From: Candidatus Shapirobacteria bacterium
GTDB taxonomy: Bacteria; Patescibacteriota; Microgenomatia; UBA12405
Assembly: GCA_028704885.1 (NCBI GenBank)
Contig: JAQWEN010000001.1
Span: 523,107-587,106 of the forward strand
DNA length: 64,000 nucleotides
Direction of reading: 5' to 3'
Shown: positions 18,167-28,059 of the stretch, one piece after another
Position numbering within the stretch: the first letter of the stretch is position 1
Layout: each line of letters opens with the position of its first letter
Notes under the pieces: model-generated
What the model was told of the DNA's origin: nothing
Database searches by the model: none
Seen by the model: only the letters and a program-made list of their open reading frames with translations
Program-made: the position numbers and the translations under genes

Positions 18167-20581
18167 TTAACTAAAAATCTTTTTATAGATTTCGAGATAA
18201 TGAGAAACGGGAATAAATTTAGTGGTTTTTTTAACTTCTTTAGGAATATTGATTAAAGTTTTTTCATTATCTTTAGGAATAAAAATGGTTTTTAAACCAG
18301 CTCGGTGAGCAGCAATGGATTTTTCTTTCAAACCGCCAATTTCTAAAATATTTCCCCGTAAAGTTATTTCCCCGGTCATACCGATATCTCGAGGAACAGC
18401 AACCTGTTTGAGAGCTGAAATGAGGGCGGTGGTAATGGCACCACCGGCTGATGGACCATCTTTTGGAGTAGCACCTTCAGGAACATGAATATGAATATCT
18501 ATTCTATGAAAATCTTGCTTAATACCAAATTCTTTGGCTTGACTGCGGATATAAGAAAGAGCGGCTTGGCAGGATTCTTTCATAACTGAACCAAGTTTAC
18601 CAGTCAAAATTAATTGACCTTTACCTGGCATGACATTAACTTCGATAAATAAAATTTCACCACCGACTGAAGTCCAAGCTAAACCAGTAGATAAACCAAT
18701 TTCATCTTTTTTACCTTTTAAAGTTGAAGTAAATTTGGCTGGGCCTAAAAACTTTTTAATAATAATTTGGTCGTTTAAATCAACACAATCGACATGATTA
18801 ACTATAATTTTTTTAGCAACTTTTCTGAAAAGACTAGCAAAAGTTCTTTCAAGTCCACGAACACCGGCTTCACGAGTATATTTATCAATAATATATTTAA
18901 TAGTATCGTCTTTTATTTCAGTAATATTATTTTCTTTTAAACCATTAGCTTTAAGCTCTTTTTTGATTAAATAATTTTTAGCGATGTGGAATTTTTCTTC
19001 TTGGGTATAACCGGAAAAATCAATAATTTCCAAACGATCACGAAGAGGACCAGGAACGGTTGATAAATCATTGCCGGTTAAAATAAAAAATACTTTTGAT
19101 AAATCTAAAGGAAAATCAAGGTAATGATCGGCAAATTCACGATTTTGTTCTGGATCGAGAGTTTCCAAAAGAGCGGCTGAAGGATCGCCGCGATAATCAG
19201 CTCCAATTTTATCGATTTCATCGAGCATAAAAACTGGATTCATTGATTTGGCATCTTTGAGACCCTTAACTATACGACCAGGCATAGCACCGACATAAGT
19301 GCGGCGATGACCACGGATTTCAGCTTCATCACGAATTCCACCAAGAGAAGCGCGAACAAAACTTTTACCCATAGCTCTGGCAATAGATTTACCAAGAGAA
19401 GTCTTACCAACACCCGGAGGGCCAATAAAACATAAAATATTAGCAGTTTGAGAAATTTCTTCGCCTTTCTTTTTGTTTTTATTTTTAAGGTTTAAAACAG
19501 CGAGATATTCGAGAATTCTTTCTTTAACATCTTTAATTCCATAATGATCTTGATCAAGAATTTTTTGAGCTTTAGTTAAGGAAATATTCGATTTGGAATA
19601 TTTACCCCAAGGCAACTCAACCACCATTTCTAAATAAGTTCTTATATAACTAGATTCTGGAGCCATGGAACCCATTTCCATGAGACGCTCTAATTCTTTG
19701 ACTAGTTTTTTTCTAATTTCTGGAGGAATATTTTTGTTTTTGATTTTCTTTTCCAGATCGGAAAATTCACCACCACTAGATTCACCAAGACGTTTTAATT
19801 CTTTTTCGATTTGACGTTTTCTTTCTTCTAAAACATTTCTTTTAACGCCGGTGTTAAATTTTTCCTGGGTTTTTTCTTCAATGGATCTTTCGAGTTCAGC
19901 TACTTTCATTTCCTGAATCAAATATTCAGTAGCAGCTTTTAATCTTTGACTGACAATTAAAGTTTCCAAAAGAACTTGTTTTTCGGGTATTTTGGCTTCA
20001 ATTGAAAAACAAACCTGATCAGCTAAATCACTACTGGAAACACCAGTAGAAAGCTGCATCATGGCGGGTAAATCAAATTGGCGACCCATGGCAAAAGCTT
20101 TTTTTAATTGGCTTAAAAGAGCTTCAGCGGATTGCTGAATCTCAGCCACTGGTTCAGGAACGACAGGAAGGTCGACATACTCAACCATAAAAAACGGATC
20201 TGTTTGAGTTAAATTTAAAATATTGACGCGAGAAATACCTTTAACGATAGCATGAAGACTACCATCGGTTTGAAGAATATGTTCAATTTTAGCCAAAACA
20301 CCAACAGTATAAAGATCTTTATATTCCGGCTTTTCAATACGAGAATTTTGTTGGGTAGCAATAATGACTAATTTATTAGTGTTATCGTAGGCATGAAGAA
20401 GCGAATTCATTGATTCTTTGCGACCAAAGAATAATGAAGTTTCAACTGAAGGAAAAAGAATAATATTACGAAGAGGAATAAGAGGCAATACTTTTCGAAG
20501 AGGCTGAAGAGTTTGGACTGGATTTTGATTAATGTTGTCTGGCATAATTAGCAGTCTAACACTTCTATTGCTAAGTGTCAA
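18167..20581 (-). CDS. lon: ATP-dependent Lon protease
   Basis: N-terminal LON domain, AAA+ Walker A (GPPGVGKTS), C-terminal Ser-Lys protease domain (PKDGPSAGGAITTALIS). 804 aa. Confidence 0.95.
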   Translation of the reverse strand: MTLSNRSVRLLIMPDNINQNPVQTLQPLRKVLPLIPLRNIILFPSVETSLFFGRKESMNSLLHAYDNTNKLVIIATQQNSRIEKPEYKDLYTVGVLAKIEHILQTDGSLHAIVKGISRVNILNLTQTDPFFMVEYVDLPVVPEPVAEIQQSAEALLSQLKKAFAMGRQFDLPAMMQLSTGVSSSDLADQVCFSIEAKIPEKQVLLETLIVSQRLKAATEYLIQEMKVAELERSIEEKTQEKFNTGVKRNVLEERKRQIEKELKRLGESSGGEFSDLEKKIKNKNIPPEIRKKLVKELERLMEMGSMAPESSYIRTYLEMVVELPWGKYSKSNISLTKAQKILDQDHYGIKDVKERILEYLAVLNLKNKNKKKGEEISQTANILCFIGPPGVGKTSLGKSIARAMGKSFVRASLGGIRDEAEIRGHRRTYVGAMPGRIVKGLKDAKSMNPVFMLDEIDKIGADYRGDPSAALLETLDPEQNREFADHYLDFPLDLSKVFFILTGNDLSTVPGPLRDRLEIIDFSGYTQEEKFHIAKNYLIKKELKANGLKENNITEIKDDTIKYIIDKYTREAGVRGLERTFASLFRKVAKKIIVNHVDCVDLNDQIIIKKFLGPAKFTSTLKGKKDEIGLSTGLAWTSVGGEILFIEVNVMPGKGQLILTGKLGSVMKESCQAALSYIRSQAKEFGIKQDFHRIDIHIHVPEGATPKDGPSAGGAITTALISALKQVAVPRDIGMTGEITLRGNILEIGGLKEKSIAAHRAGLKTIFIPKDNEKTLINIPKEVKKTTKFIPVSHYLEIYKKIFS

Positions 20582-20623
20582 TTGTTTTTAATTAGTCCTT
20601 TTATTTTACCTAGAGAATCTGAA

Positions 20624-20651
20624 TTGGCAACAGGACAATTTGAAGTATGAT
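20624..20651 (+). promoter_or_regulatory. Sigma70-like promoter candidate for the purA-like gene
   Basis: TTGGCA (20624-20629), 16-nt spacer, TATGAT (20646-20651). Lies about 15 nt upstream of the start codon. Confidence 0.35.
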
Positions 20652-20665
20652 AATATTCTGAATAT

Positions 20666-21751
20666 ATGGGAAAAGAAAGAGTAATTGTGGTAATTGATGG
20701 ACAAGCTGGTTCTTGTGGAAAAGGAAAGATAGCTGGATATATCGCTTTAAAAGAAAATGTTGACGCTGCTGTTACAAACGCAATGCCAAATTCAGGTCAT
20801 GTTTTTGTAGATGAAAAAGGAAATAAAAGAACTTTTAGGAACATTCCTGTGGCTTCAATTAATCAGGAAACTCAATTGTTTATGGGAGCCGGATCGGCAA
20901 TCGATATTGAAGTACTTAAAAAAGAATATGAAGAAAATTCTGATATTTTAAAAGAACGGGAAATAATTGTCCATCCTAGAGTGCCATTGATTGAAGAAAG
21001 ACACAAAGAATTAGAAAGAGAACGTATCCGTTCTGGTTCAACTTTTAAAGGCGGTGGTGCTTGTCTAGCGGAAAAAGTAATGAGAGACGAAAGATTAAAT
21101 TTTTTCGATAAATTTGGGAATATTAGATCAGATGAAACATATATTAAAAAAATAAATAAAGTTTTAGAAAATGGAGGTAGTTTATTAATTGAAGGATCGC
21201 AAGGTTGTGATTTAGATTTAAATAATGGAACTGATTATCCGCATGTTACCAGTAGACAATGCAGTGCCGCTCAAATGGTAGCGGATAGTGGAGTTCCAAT
21301 GTCGGCAGTAACAGATATTGTGATGGTAATAAGGCCTTATCCAATTAGAATTAGTAATCAAACTGATTTAGGAAAAATTTCCAGTGGTAAATATGGTGGG
21401 GCTAAAGAAATTAATTGGAAAGAAATAAATTCTCGATCTAGGGCTGACTTTGAAGAAATCGATTTTACTGAAACAACAACTGTAACTAAAAAAACCAGAA
21501 GAGTATTTGAATTGGATATTGAAAGATTAAAAAATAATATATTAATAAATAGGCCAACAGAGATCGCCTTGAATTTTTTTGAACATTTAAACGCTGATTA
21601 TTGTGGGGAAAAAGGAAATTATAAGGATATTTATATAACTAGATACGAAAGAGAATTTATTAATTGGTTGGAAAGTGAACTAAATGTTCCCATAACTATG
21701 TTGGGGACTGGACCTAAAAATGATGAGATAATTATAAGAAATAAAGGCTAA
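20666..21751 (+). CDS. Adenylosuccinate synthetase family protein, short and divergent (PurA-like; possibly PurZ-like or archaeal-type)
   Basis: AdSS signature blocks present: GKGK P-loop, SGH (His41 equivalent), EGSQGCDLDLNNGTDYPHVTS (Q224/D region), TTVTKKTRRVFELD (Asp-binding TxxxxRxRR), LGTGP. It is 361 aa rather than about 430, and the P-loop reads GSCGKGK instead of GDEGKGK. Confidence 0.7.
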   Translation: MGKERVIVVIDGQAGSCGKGKIAGYIALKENVDAAVTNAMPNSGHVFVDEKGNKRTFRNIPVASINQETQLFMGAGSAIDIEVLKKEYEENSDILKEREIIVHPRVPLIEERHKELERERIRSGSTFKGGGACLAEKVMRDERLNFFDKFGNIRSDETYIKKINKVLENGGSLLIEGSQGCDLDLNNGTDYPHVTSRQCSAAQMVADSGVPMSAVTDIVMVIRPYPIRISNQTDLGKISSGKYGGAKEINWKEINSRSRADFEEIDFTETTTVTKKTRRVFELDIERLKNNILINRPTEIALNFFEHLNADYCGEKGNYKDIYITRYEREFINWLESELNVPITMLGTGPKNDEIIIRNKG

Positions 21752-21774
21752 TTTAATGGTAGAATACAACGCTA

Positions 21775-22686
21775 ATGAAAAAGATTATTGAAAATAAAAT
21801 TAAATTTGGGCGAGTGGTAATTTTGGGGCGACCTAATACGGGAAAATCGACTTTATTGAATGCCATAATGTCTCAAAAAGTGGCAATAACTTCGCCAATG
21901 GCTCAAACCACCCGAAAAAATACGAGAGTAGTTTTTGAAAATGAAAATGGAAAAATTATTTTTTCTGACACTCCCGGAATTATCAATAAAGTCTCTGATT
22001 TGATCGGGAAAAGAGTTAATACTGAAGCACCAAAAGAAGTCGGTCGAGCCGATATAGTTTTGTGTGTGTTGGATATTTCCAGACCAAAAAATGAAGAAGA
22101 AAATAAAGTAATTGGTTTGGTTAGAAAATCAAAGGCTAAAAAGATTTTAGTTTATAACAAAATTGATCAGGCTATCGGCAGTAAAGACCATTTAGCTGAA
22201 TATAATTATTTAGAAGAAGAATTTGATAAAGTTATTTCGGTTAGTGCTATTAAAGAAAAAAATATAAAAGGATTGATTAACCTAATTTTTGAAATGTTGC
22301 CAGAAAAAGATAGTAAATCGACCGAAGAAGATGCAGAAATAATGCAAGCCAAGGGAAAACCAGTAATTGGACTTAATTCAAAAGATTATATTGCAGAAAT
22401 TATTAGAGAAAAGGCTTATTTATTTTTAAGAAAAGAAGTCCCCTATTCGGTTAATGTAGAAGTTGATAGTGTGGTGGATAAAAAGAAATTAATTTTAATA
22501 AAAGCCAGAATTTTAACTACAGCTGATAGATATAAAAAAATGATTATTGGAGTTGGCGGTAAAAAAATAAAAGAAATTGGTTATAACGCTAGAAAAGAAT
22601 TGGAATTAATGTCGAGCCGAAAAATATTTTTGGAATTATTGGTCGAAATAGACAAACACTGGGCAGAAAGGGATATTGAGAGATAA
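21775..22686 (+). CDS. era: GTPase Era
   Basis: G1 GRPNTGKSTL, G3 DTPG, G4 NKID, C-terminal KH domain. Confidence 0.9.
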   Translation: MKKIIENKIKFGRVVILGRPNTGKSTLLNAIMSQKVAITSPMAQTTRKNTRVVFENENGKIIFSDTPGIINKVSDLIGKRVNTEAPKEVGRADIVLCVLDISRPKNEEENKVIGLVRKSKAKKILVYNKIDQAIGSKDHLAEYNYLEEEFDKVISVSAIKEKNIKGLINLIFEMLPEKDSKSTEEDAEIMQAKGKPVIGLNSKDYIAEIIREKAYLFLRKEVPYSVNVEVDSVVDKKKLILIKARILTTADRYKKMIIGVGGKKIKEIGYNARKELELMSSRKIFLELLVEIDKHWAERDIER

Positions 22687-22710
22687 TTATTAATTAAAAA
22701 TTAATAATTA
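22684..22710. repeat. 27-nt perfect AT-only palindrome between convergent era and obg stops; contains a 20-mer also found at 16034-16053
   Basis: taattattaattaaaaattaataatta is its own reverse complement around a central AAA. The 20-mer aattaaaaattaataattaa recurs exactly at 16034-16053. Confidence 0.7.
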
Positions 22711-22715
22711 AGAAT

Positions 22716-23705
22716 TTACTTTATATTTTTGGCAATTAAATCGTTGAGTTTTTTAATACTGTCGGGGTCGATAATTGAAGTGCTGATTTGAGCTTTGATT
22801 AATTTTTGGATTTTTATAATTTCTTTTGGATCGAGAGTGTCTGATTTGGTAAGAACAATTATTTCTGGTTTATTAACTAAATTAGAACTATAACTGTTTA
22901 GTTCTTGACGAACTGTTTGATAATCTTTGAGAGGATCTTTAGACTCAGCCGAAACACAATGAATTAAAAGACTGGTTCTTTCGATATGTTTTAGAAATTT
23001 AACACCTAAACCTTTGCCATCAGCAGCACCTTCAATTAACCCTGGAATATCGGCAATAATTAAACCACCTTTAGTAACGCCCAAATTTGGTTCGAGGGTG
23101 GTAAAAGCATAATTGGCAACTCGAGCATTGGCTGGAGTTAATTCATTTAGAAGACTAGTTTTACCAGCATTTGGCAAACCGATAAGACCAATTTGAGCAA
23201 TAAGTTTTAATTGAAGAAAAAGACTTTTAGTCTGACATTTATAACCTAATTCTTTTTCCTGTGGAGTTTGATTAGTGGAAGACTTAAAACAAAAATTTCC
23301 TCGACCACCACTGCCGCCACGAGCCATTAAAACTTTTTGGCCAATTTCAGTTAATTCAATTGAAGTACCATTATCATAAGAAGCAAGAGTACCAACTGGA
23401 ACTTGAATAATTAAATCTTCACCATTTTTACCGGTACAATTGTTTTTACCACCTTTTTCACCTCTCTCGGCTGAATAAATTTTAGTGCTACGAAATTGAT
23501 TTAATTTACTAATATCAGAAACTGCTTCAAAAAAGACAGAACCGCCGTCGCCACCAATACCGCCATCCGGGCCACCTTTGGGGCGAAAAGCATCGTTATA
23601 GAAACTGACAGTACCATCACCGCCGTCGCCACCTTTAATTTTTATTCTAACTTCATCGATAAGCATGGCTATATTATACAGTAGCAAGCTGTCCGCAGGC
23701 AGCAC
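22716..23705 (-). CDS. obg: GTPase Obg/CgtA
   Basis: Gly-rich Obg fold (KGGDGGDGTVSF...GGPDGGIGGDGGSV), G domain (GLIGLPNAGKTSLLN). The likely true start is the internal Met at MLIDEV (about 23666), which removes the overlap with rlmN. Confidence 0.9.
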   Translation of the reverse strand: MLPADSLLLYNIAMLIDEVRIKIKGGDGGDGTVSFYNDAFRPKGGPDGGIGGDGGSVFFEAVSDISKLNQFRSTKIYSAERGEKGGKNNCTGKNGEDLIIQVPVGTLASYDNGTSIELTEIGQKVLMARGGSGGRGNFCFKSSTNQTPQEKELGYKCQTKSLFLQLKLIAQIGLIGLPNAGKTSLLNELTPANARVANYAFTTLEPNLGVTKGGLIIADIPGLIEGAADGKGLGVKFLKHIERTSLLIHCVSAESKDPLKDYQTVRQELNSYSSNLVNKPEIIVLTKSDTLDPKEIIKIQKLIKAQISTSIIDPDSIKKLNDLIAKNIK

Positions 23706-24666
23706 TTATATCTTGACCAAAAGAACGACGAAGAGAATACTCGACTCCTAATTTATTTAAATAGTCGATAAAGGTTTTTTGTTGATCTGGAGAGGCTGGG
23801 GTCATTCCCCCATCAACTGAATTTAATGGAATAAGATTTAAAAAGAAAAGACGATTGGAATTAATAAAATTTGCCAATAATATGGCATCATTTTGACTGG
23901 TATTAATATCCATTAGGGCATATTCGAAAAATAACTGACGATTAGTTTTGCCGACATAATAATTACAAGCATTTTTTAGTTGGGCCAAGGAATATTGTTT
24001 GGCAATTGGCATAAAAGATTCACGTGTTTTTTGATCGGCGGAATGAAGTGAAACGGCTAAATTTATTTGAGTGTCGAGATTGGCAAACTCGATAATTTTG
24101 TCGGCAACGCCGGCAGTAGAAACACTTATTTTTCTAGCACCGATATTTAATCCTTCGTTAGAATTGATAATATTGATGGCTGTCAATATATTTTCCCAAT
24201 TTAAAAATGGTTCGCCCATACCCATAAATACAACTCGGCCAATATATTTCGGATAAATTTTTTGATTCCAATATAAAATTTGGTCGACAATTTCTTCAGG
24301 AGTTAAATTTCTTTTAAAACCCATTTTGCCGGTAGCACAAAAACTACAGGCTAAAGGACAACCGACCTGGCTGGAAACACAAGCCGTTAACCAATCTTCA
24401 TAATCCATAAAAACTGATTCGATTTTTTGACCATCGGATAGTTCTAATAAGGCTTTTTGAGTGGATTCATTACCGACTATTGTTTTTTCAGAGACTGACA
24501 ATAGAGAAAGTGTTTCAGATAATTTTTGACGAAGAGGGAGAGAAAGATCAGTCATTTGATCAAAATTTAGGTAACGACCAGAATAATAGTTTTTAACTAT
24601 TTGGCGATAGCGAAAAGCGGGAAGCTCTAACGAATCTAAAGTTTTTTTAAGAAGAGATAAATCCAT
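23674..24666 (-). CDS. rlmN: 23S rRNA (adenine2503-C2)-methyltransferase RlmN, radical SAM
   Basis: Radical-SAM CxxxCxxC motif (GCPLACSFCATG). RlmN/Cfr family length and N-terminal domain. Confidence 0.9.
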   Translation of the reverse strand: MDLSLLKKTLDSLELPAFRYRQIVKNYYSGRYLNFDQMTDLSLPLRQKLSETLSLLSVSEKTIVGNESTQKALLELSDGQKIESVFMDYEDWLTACVSSQVGCPLACSFCATGKMGFKRNLTPEEIVDQILYWNQKIYPKYIGRVVFMGMGEPFLNWENILTAINIINSNEGLNIGARKISVSTAGVADKIIEFANLDTQINLAVSLHSADQKTRESFMPIAKQYSLAQLKNACNYYVGKTNRQLFFEYALMDINTSQNDAILLANFINSNRLFFLNLIPLNSVDGGMTPASPDQQKTFIDYLNKLGVEYSLRRSFGQDISAACGQLATV

Positions 24667-24669
24667 TGA

Positions 24670-24981
24670 TTATGCCTTATTTATGGCATTAATATAATCT
24701 TGTTTTTGCTTGAAGCCAATAAAAGTATCAACAATTTGGCCTTTGTTAAACAAAATAACAAGAGGAATCGAAGAGACATTATATTGAGTTGATAGTTCTT
24801 CGTTTTCGTCAACATTAATTTTGGTAACTTTAACTTTATCTGCCATTTCAGCGCTAATTTCTTCCATAACCGGGGTTAACATTTGACAAGGACCACACCA
24901 AGGAGCCCAAAAATCGACCAAAACTTTACCTTCAAAATCTAGAACTTCAGTTTTAAAATTTTCTTTAGTTAGATTAAGCAT
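24670..24981 (-). CDS. trxA: Thioredoxin
   Basis: WCGPC active site (FWAPWCGPCQ), 103 aa. Confidence 0.9.
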   Translation of the reverse strand: MLNLTKENFKTEVLDFEGKVLVDFWAPWCGPCQMLTPVMEEISAEMADKVKVTKINVDENEELSTQYNVSSIPLVILFNKGQIVDTFIGFKQKQDYINAINKA

Positions 24982-24996
24982 AGGATTTATTATACC

Positions 24997-25443
24997 TTAT
25001 TTGGTTTTAACTAATTTGGCAGTGTAGATAATTTGACGAAGAACACCATCTGGACCTTCAATTTGATTGGTGCCAGAAAGCATGACAAATTGGGCCAAAT
25101 AATCAGACATAGCAGTTTTTAATTCTTTAATTTGAATGTGGGCATCTTTCATTTTTTCAACCAACAGAGCGGCTTCGGAACGGGCCATAACTTTTTGTTT
25201 GGCAATGGTTTTAAGTTTAGCTTGCTTTTTAGCTTCTTGGGCCACTTCTTGATATTCAATATCGCTATCTAAAATAGAATCTAGTTGTGATTTTTGTTCT
25301 TGAAATTCTTTTTGGAGAACTTCAAATCTGGCAGTTGAGGAATTGATGAGAGATTCAATATTTAATAAATTAGCGACTTGGTTTGGATTTTGATTTTCGT
25401 TTGGCATACCTTTTACTTTATCAAGATAAAAAGTCACCTTCAA
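24997..25443 (-). CDS. Hypothetical coiled-coil protein
   Basis: 148-aa ORF rich in predicted coiled coil. Overlaps the dus start by about 20 nt. No recognisable motif. Confidence 0.3.
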   Translation of the reverse strand: MKVTFYLDKVKGMPNENQNPNQVANLLNIESLINSSTARFEVLQKEFQEQKSQLDSILDSDIEYQEVAQEAKKQAKLKTIAKQKVMARSEAALLVEKMKDAHIQIKELKTAMSDYLAQFVMLSGTNQIEGPDGVLRQIIYTAKLVKTK

Positions 25444-26488
25444 GTTGCAAAAGATCTTCGATTGAATTTAGTCGAACTAATTTTGATCTCAATTGTTTGG
25501 CATTGACCAAACCAGAGGCATAAAACAAAAAGTTTTTTCGAAGACTATCAAAACGGCGATTAGGAAAAACTTCCTTAAAAAACTGGGCATGAAGAAGCAT
25601 GGCGGAAAAACGCTCTTTTGGAGTGGCAATATAATCTTTGAAACACCAAGGGTTGCCGCAAGCAGCTCGACCAATTAAAACACCATCGACACCATATTTT
25701 TCACAAAATTCTAAGGCTTGAGATTTAGACTCAATATCACCGTTGCCCAAAATTTTAGTGTTAGTATTTTTGGCTAATTCAACTACATTCTGAATTTCTG
25801 ACCAGTCGGCAGTGCCAGCATAGCCTTGTTTAAGAGTGCGAGCGTGAATAGTTAGAAAATCTAAATCTTGAGCCAATAAAATTGTGGCCCAGGAATCGAT
25901 AATAGATTTATCAATGCCGAGACGAGTCTTAACAGAGATAGTGGGACGAATCCTCTCTGTCCCTTCGGGACATCTCCCTTTAACAAAGGGAGAAATATTT
26001 ATTTCGGAATATTTTTTGTTGCGATTAATTACATTAAGAGTTTTTTGATTAAGACCGAGGTCGGTGATTTTAATTTTATTTTCAAACCAATCATTAATCC
26101 CCTGTTTGGTTTTTTTAATAATTTCAACAGCTAAATCTGGTTTAGAAATTAGAGCAGCGCCGCTACCATTTTGGGTGACGGTTTTGGCGGGACAACCCAT
26201 ATTAATATCAATGCCATCAAAACCTAATTCAGATAAAATAATGGCTGATTTATAGAAACTATCTGGATTTTTGCCAAATAATTGGCCAATAATTGGGTGT
26301 TCTTGATTTGAAAATAAAAGAGTGTCGTACAATTTAACTCCACCATGACTGATGCCTTCGGCACTGACAAATTCAGTAAACATTAAATCCGGCTTGGCGA
26401 TTTGAACTTGGAGTAGACGAAAAGCTTCATCAGTAATTCCATCCATTGGAGAAAGAGCGATGATTGGAAGTTTGTTTATAAAACTCAT
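25421..26488 (-). CDS. dus: tRNA-dihydrouridine synthase (DusB-like)
   Basis: FMN-binding N-terminus (MDGITDEAFR) and catalytic Cys loop (INMGCPAKTV). Carries an in-frame insertion encoded by a palindromic repeat (see the repeat feature). Confidence 0.85.
   Translation of the reverse strand: MSFINKLPIIALSPMDGITDEAFRLLQVQIAKPDLMFTEFVSAEGISHGGVKLYDTLLFSNQEHPIIGQLFGKNPDSFYKSAIILSELGFDGIDINMGCPAKTVTQNGSGAALISKPDLAVEIIKKTKQGINDWFENKIKITDLGLNQKTLNVINRNKKYSEINISPFVKGRCPEGTERIRPTISVKTRLGIDKSIIDSWATILLAQDLDFLTIHARTLKQGYAGTADWSEIQNVVELAKNTNTKILGNGDIESKSQALEFCEKYGVDGVLIGRAACGNPWCFKDYIATPKERFSAMLLHAQFFKEVFPNRRFDSLRKNFLFYASGLVNAKQLRSKLVRLNSIEDLLQLEGDFLS
25943..26000. repeat. Double-hairpin palindromic element, copy A, inserted in frame in dus
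   Basis: gggacgaatcctctctgtcccttcgggacatctccctttaacaaagggagaaatattt. Hairpins GTCCC-TTCG-GGGAC and TCTCCCTTT-AACA-AAGGGAGA. Shares ctctgtcc...ggacatctccc...ggagaaat with copy B at 55030-55080. Confidence 0.65.
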
Positions 26489-27225
26489 TATTTATTTTTT
26501 TTGGATTTGAAGGCAAATTTAGCGCCAACTTTGGAACCAAAATTACGTTGTTTAAAAACAGATGATCTAACATGAAGATCAGAACTAGATTTATATTCTG
26601 GTTTTTGACCTGGCTTTGGTCTAAATTTCTTCTTATTAGGATTTAGATCAGGAAAAAATTTAGGAATATATTCGCCAGTGGTATTTCTATTTAGAGATTT
26701 ACCGACAGAATTGAAAACTGGCTTACCGCCTTTATATTCTCGGGATTTGCTTTTTTCGCCGAAAACCGGAGAATAATTTGATGATGGTCGACTAATAGAT
26801 TGTGGACGAGGTGGATATTGACGATTATCAAGAGATCTTTTTTGGGCTTGATAATCGGAAAGATCACTGTCAGGATGAGGTAAAAATGGCTGAGGTTGAC
26901 GACGATTTGGATGATCTTTTAGAGCTTCTTCATGACGAGCTTGACCTTCGGCGGTTAAAAACGGATCAGCTTCGGCATAATCAACAATTATAGTTCTATC
27001 ACCAATGTAGTAATTATGATATTTGGTTTTAGCACGAATAGCATCGTCAAGATTTTCAAATTCAACAAAGCCGATACCACGACTTTTGCCCCATTGATTG
27101 TGCATGATGCGAACAGAAATAATTTTACCTTCGGCAACAAAAAGGGAAAGTAATTCCCCTTCAGTAAAGCGATAAGGTAAACTGCCGATGAATAGGCGTT
27201 TTGAGACAGGTTTTGGTAATGACAT
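26488..27225 (-). CDS. RRM-type RNA-binding protein with a long disordered basic/Pro-rich C-terminal tail
   Basis: N-terminal RRM with RNP2 (LFIGSL) and RNP1 (KSRGIGFVEF). About 150 aa of low-complexity P/R/S/K-rich tail. Confidence 0.75.
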   Translation of the reverse strand: MSLPKPVSKRLFIGSLPYRFTEGELLSLFVAEGKIISVRIMHNQWGKSRGIGFVEFENLDDAIRAKTKYHNYYIGDRTIIVDYAEADPFLTAEGQARHEEALKDHPNRRQPQPFLPHPDSDLSDYQAQKRSLDNRQYPPRPQSISRPSSNYSPVFGEKSKSREYKGGKPVFNSVGKSLNRNTTGEYIPKFFPDLNPNKKKFRPKPGQKPEYKSSSDLHVRSSVFKQRNFGSKVGAKFAFKSKKNK

Positions 27226-27258
27226 AGATGTTTATATTATACCTGGTAAAATAGATTT

Positions 27259-27885
27259 ATGCTCAGCTATGAAAAAATATTGATTGGAGAGTTAGAAACT
27301 AACTGTTATTTGATCTGGGAAGAAGAAACAAAAGAATGTTTAGTAATTGATCCGGGTGATGATGGAGTGGGTATTAGTGAAGAAATAAATAATAAAAAAT
27401 TAAAAGTTAAAGCTGTATTTTTAACCCATGGCCATTTTGACCATTCAATGGGAGCATTGGATTTAAAATTAATTTACAATGTTGATTTTGGCTGCAGTGA
27501 AAAAGATGCTTTTCTTTTAGATAGACAAGATGAAACAGCTAAACATTTTTTAAAAAAAGAAATTCAAGTGCCTAATTTTATAAAAATAGATATTGATTTA
27601 GATAAAATAAAAAAATTTGAATTAGGAGAAGAAATAATAGAAATTATTAAAACTCCGGGACACACTCCAGGTAGTGTGTGTTTTTACAATAAAAAGAATA
27701 AATTATTGTTTAGTGGAGATACATTATTTGCCGGACTTAGGGGTAGAACTGATTTTAAATACGGATCAACCAAAGAAATATTTAAGAGTCTTAAAAAATT
27801 GATGAAATTAGACAAGAAAACATTAGTTTTACCAGGACATGGAGATGAAACGACAATCGAGAGAGAATCTAGACGTTACCTCTAA
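27259..27885 (+). CDS. MBL-fold metallo-hydrolase (hydroxyacylglutathione hydrolase-like)
   Basis: HxHxDH metal motif (THGHFDH), downstream Asp/His ligands. 208 aa. Confidence 0.8.
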   Translation: MLSYEKILIGELETNCYLIWEEETKECLVIDPGDDGVGISEEINNKKLKVKAVFLTHGHFDHSMGALDLKLIYNVDFGCSEKDAFLLDRQDETAKHFLKKEIQVPNFIKIDIDLDKIKKFELGEEIIEIIKTPGHTPGSVCFYNKKNKLLFSGDTLFAGLRGRTDFKYGSTKEIFKSLKKLMKLDKKTLVLPGHGDETTIERESRRYL

Positions 27886-28059
27886 GATTATCAATAGTTT
27901 CTTCAAAATTTTTGATGTGATCTTGTTTAATACTTTCCAAAAGCTCAATTAAAAGACCGTTGATGTAAGTTTCAATGGCTTTTGATTGTTCTGGAGTTAA
28001 TTTTAGATCTTGGGTTAGTTGTTCAATGGTTTGCATTAATTAGATTATAACATTTGTCG

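Noticed and set aside
27869-28035. 55-aa minus-strand ORF (MQTIEQLTQDLKLTPEQSKAIETYINGLL...) overlapping the 3' end of the MBL hydrolase gene
   Set aside because: The translation is plausible and helical, but there is no SD. It overlaps a confident CDS by 17 nt, and it is below the length where composition alone is convincing. Not called.
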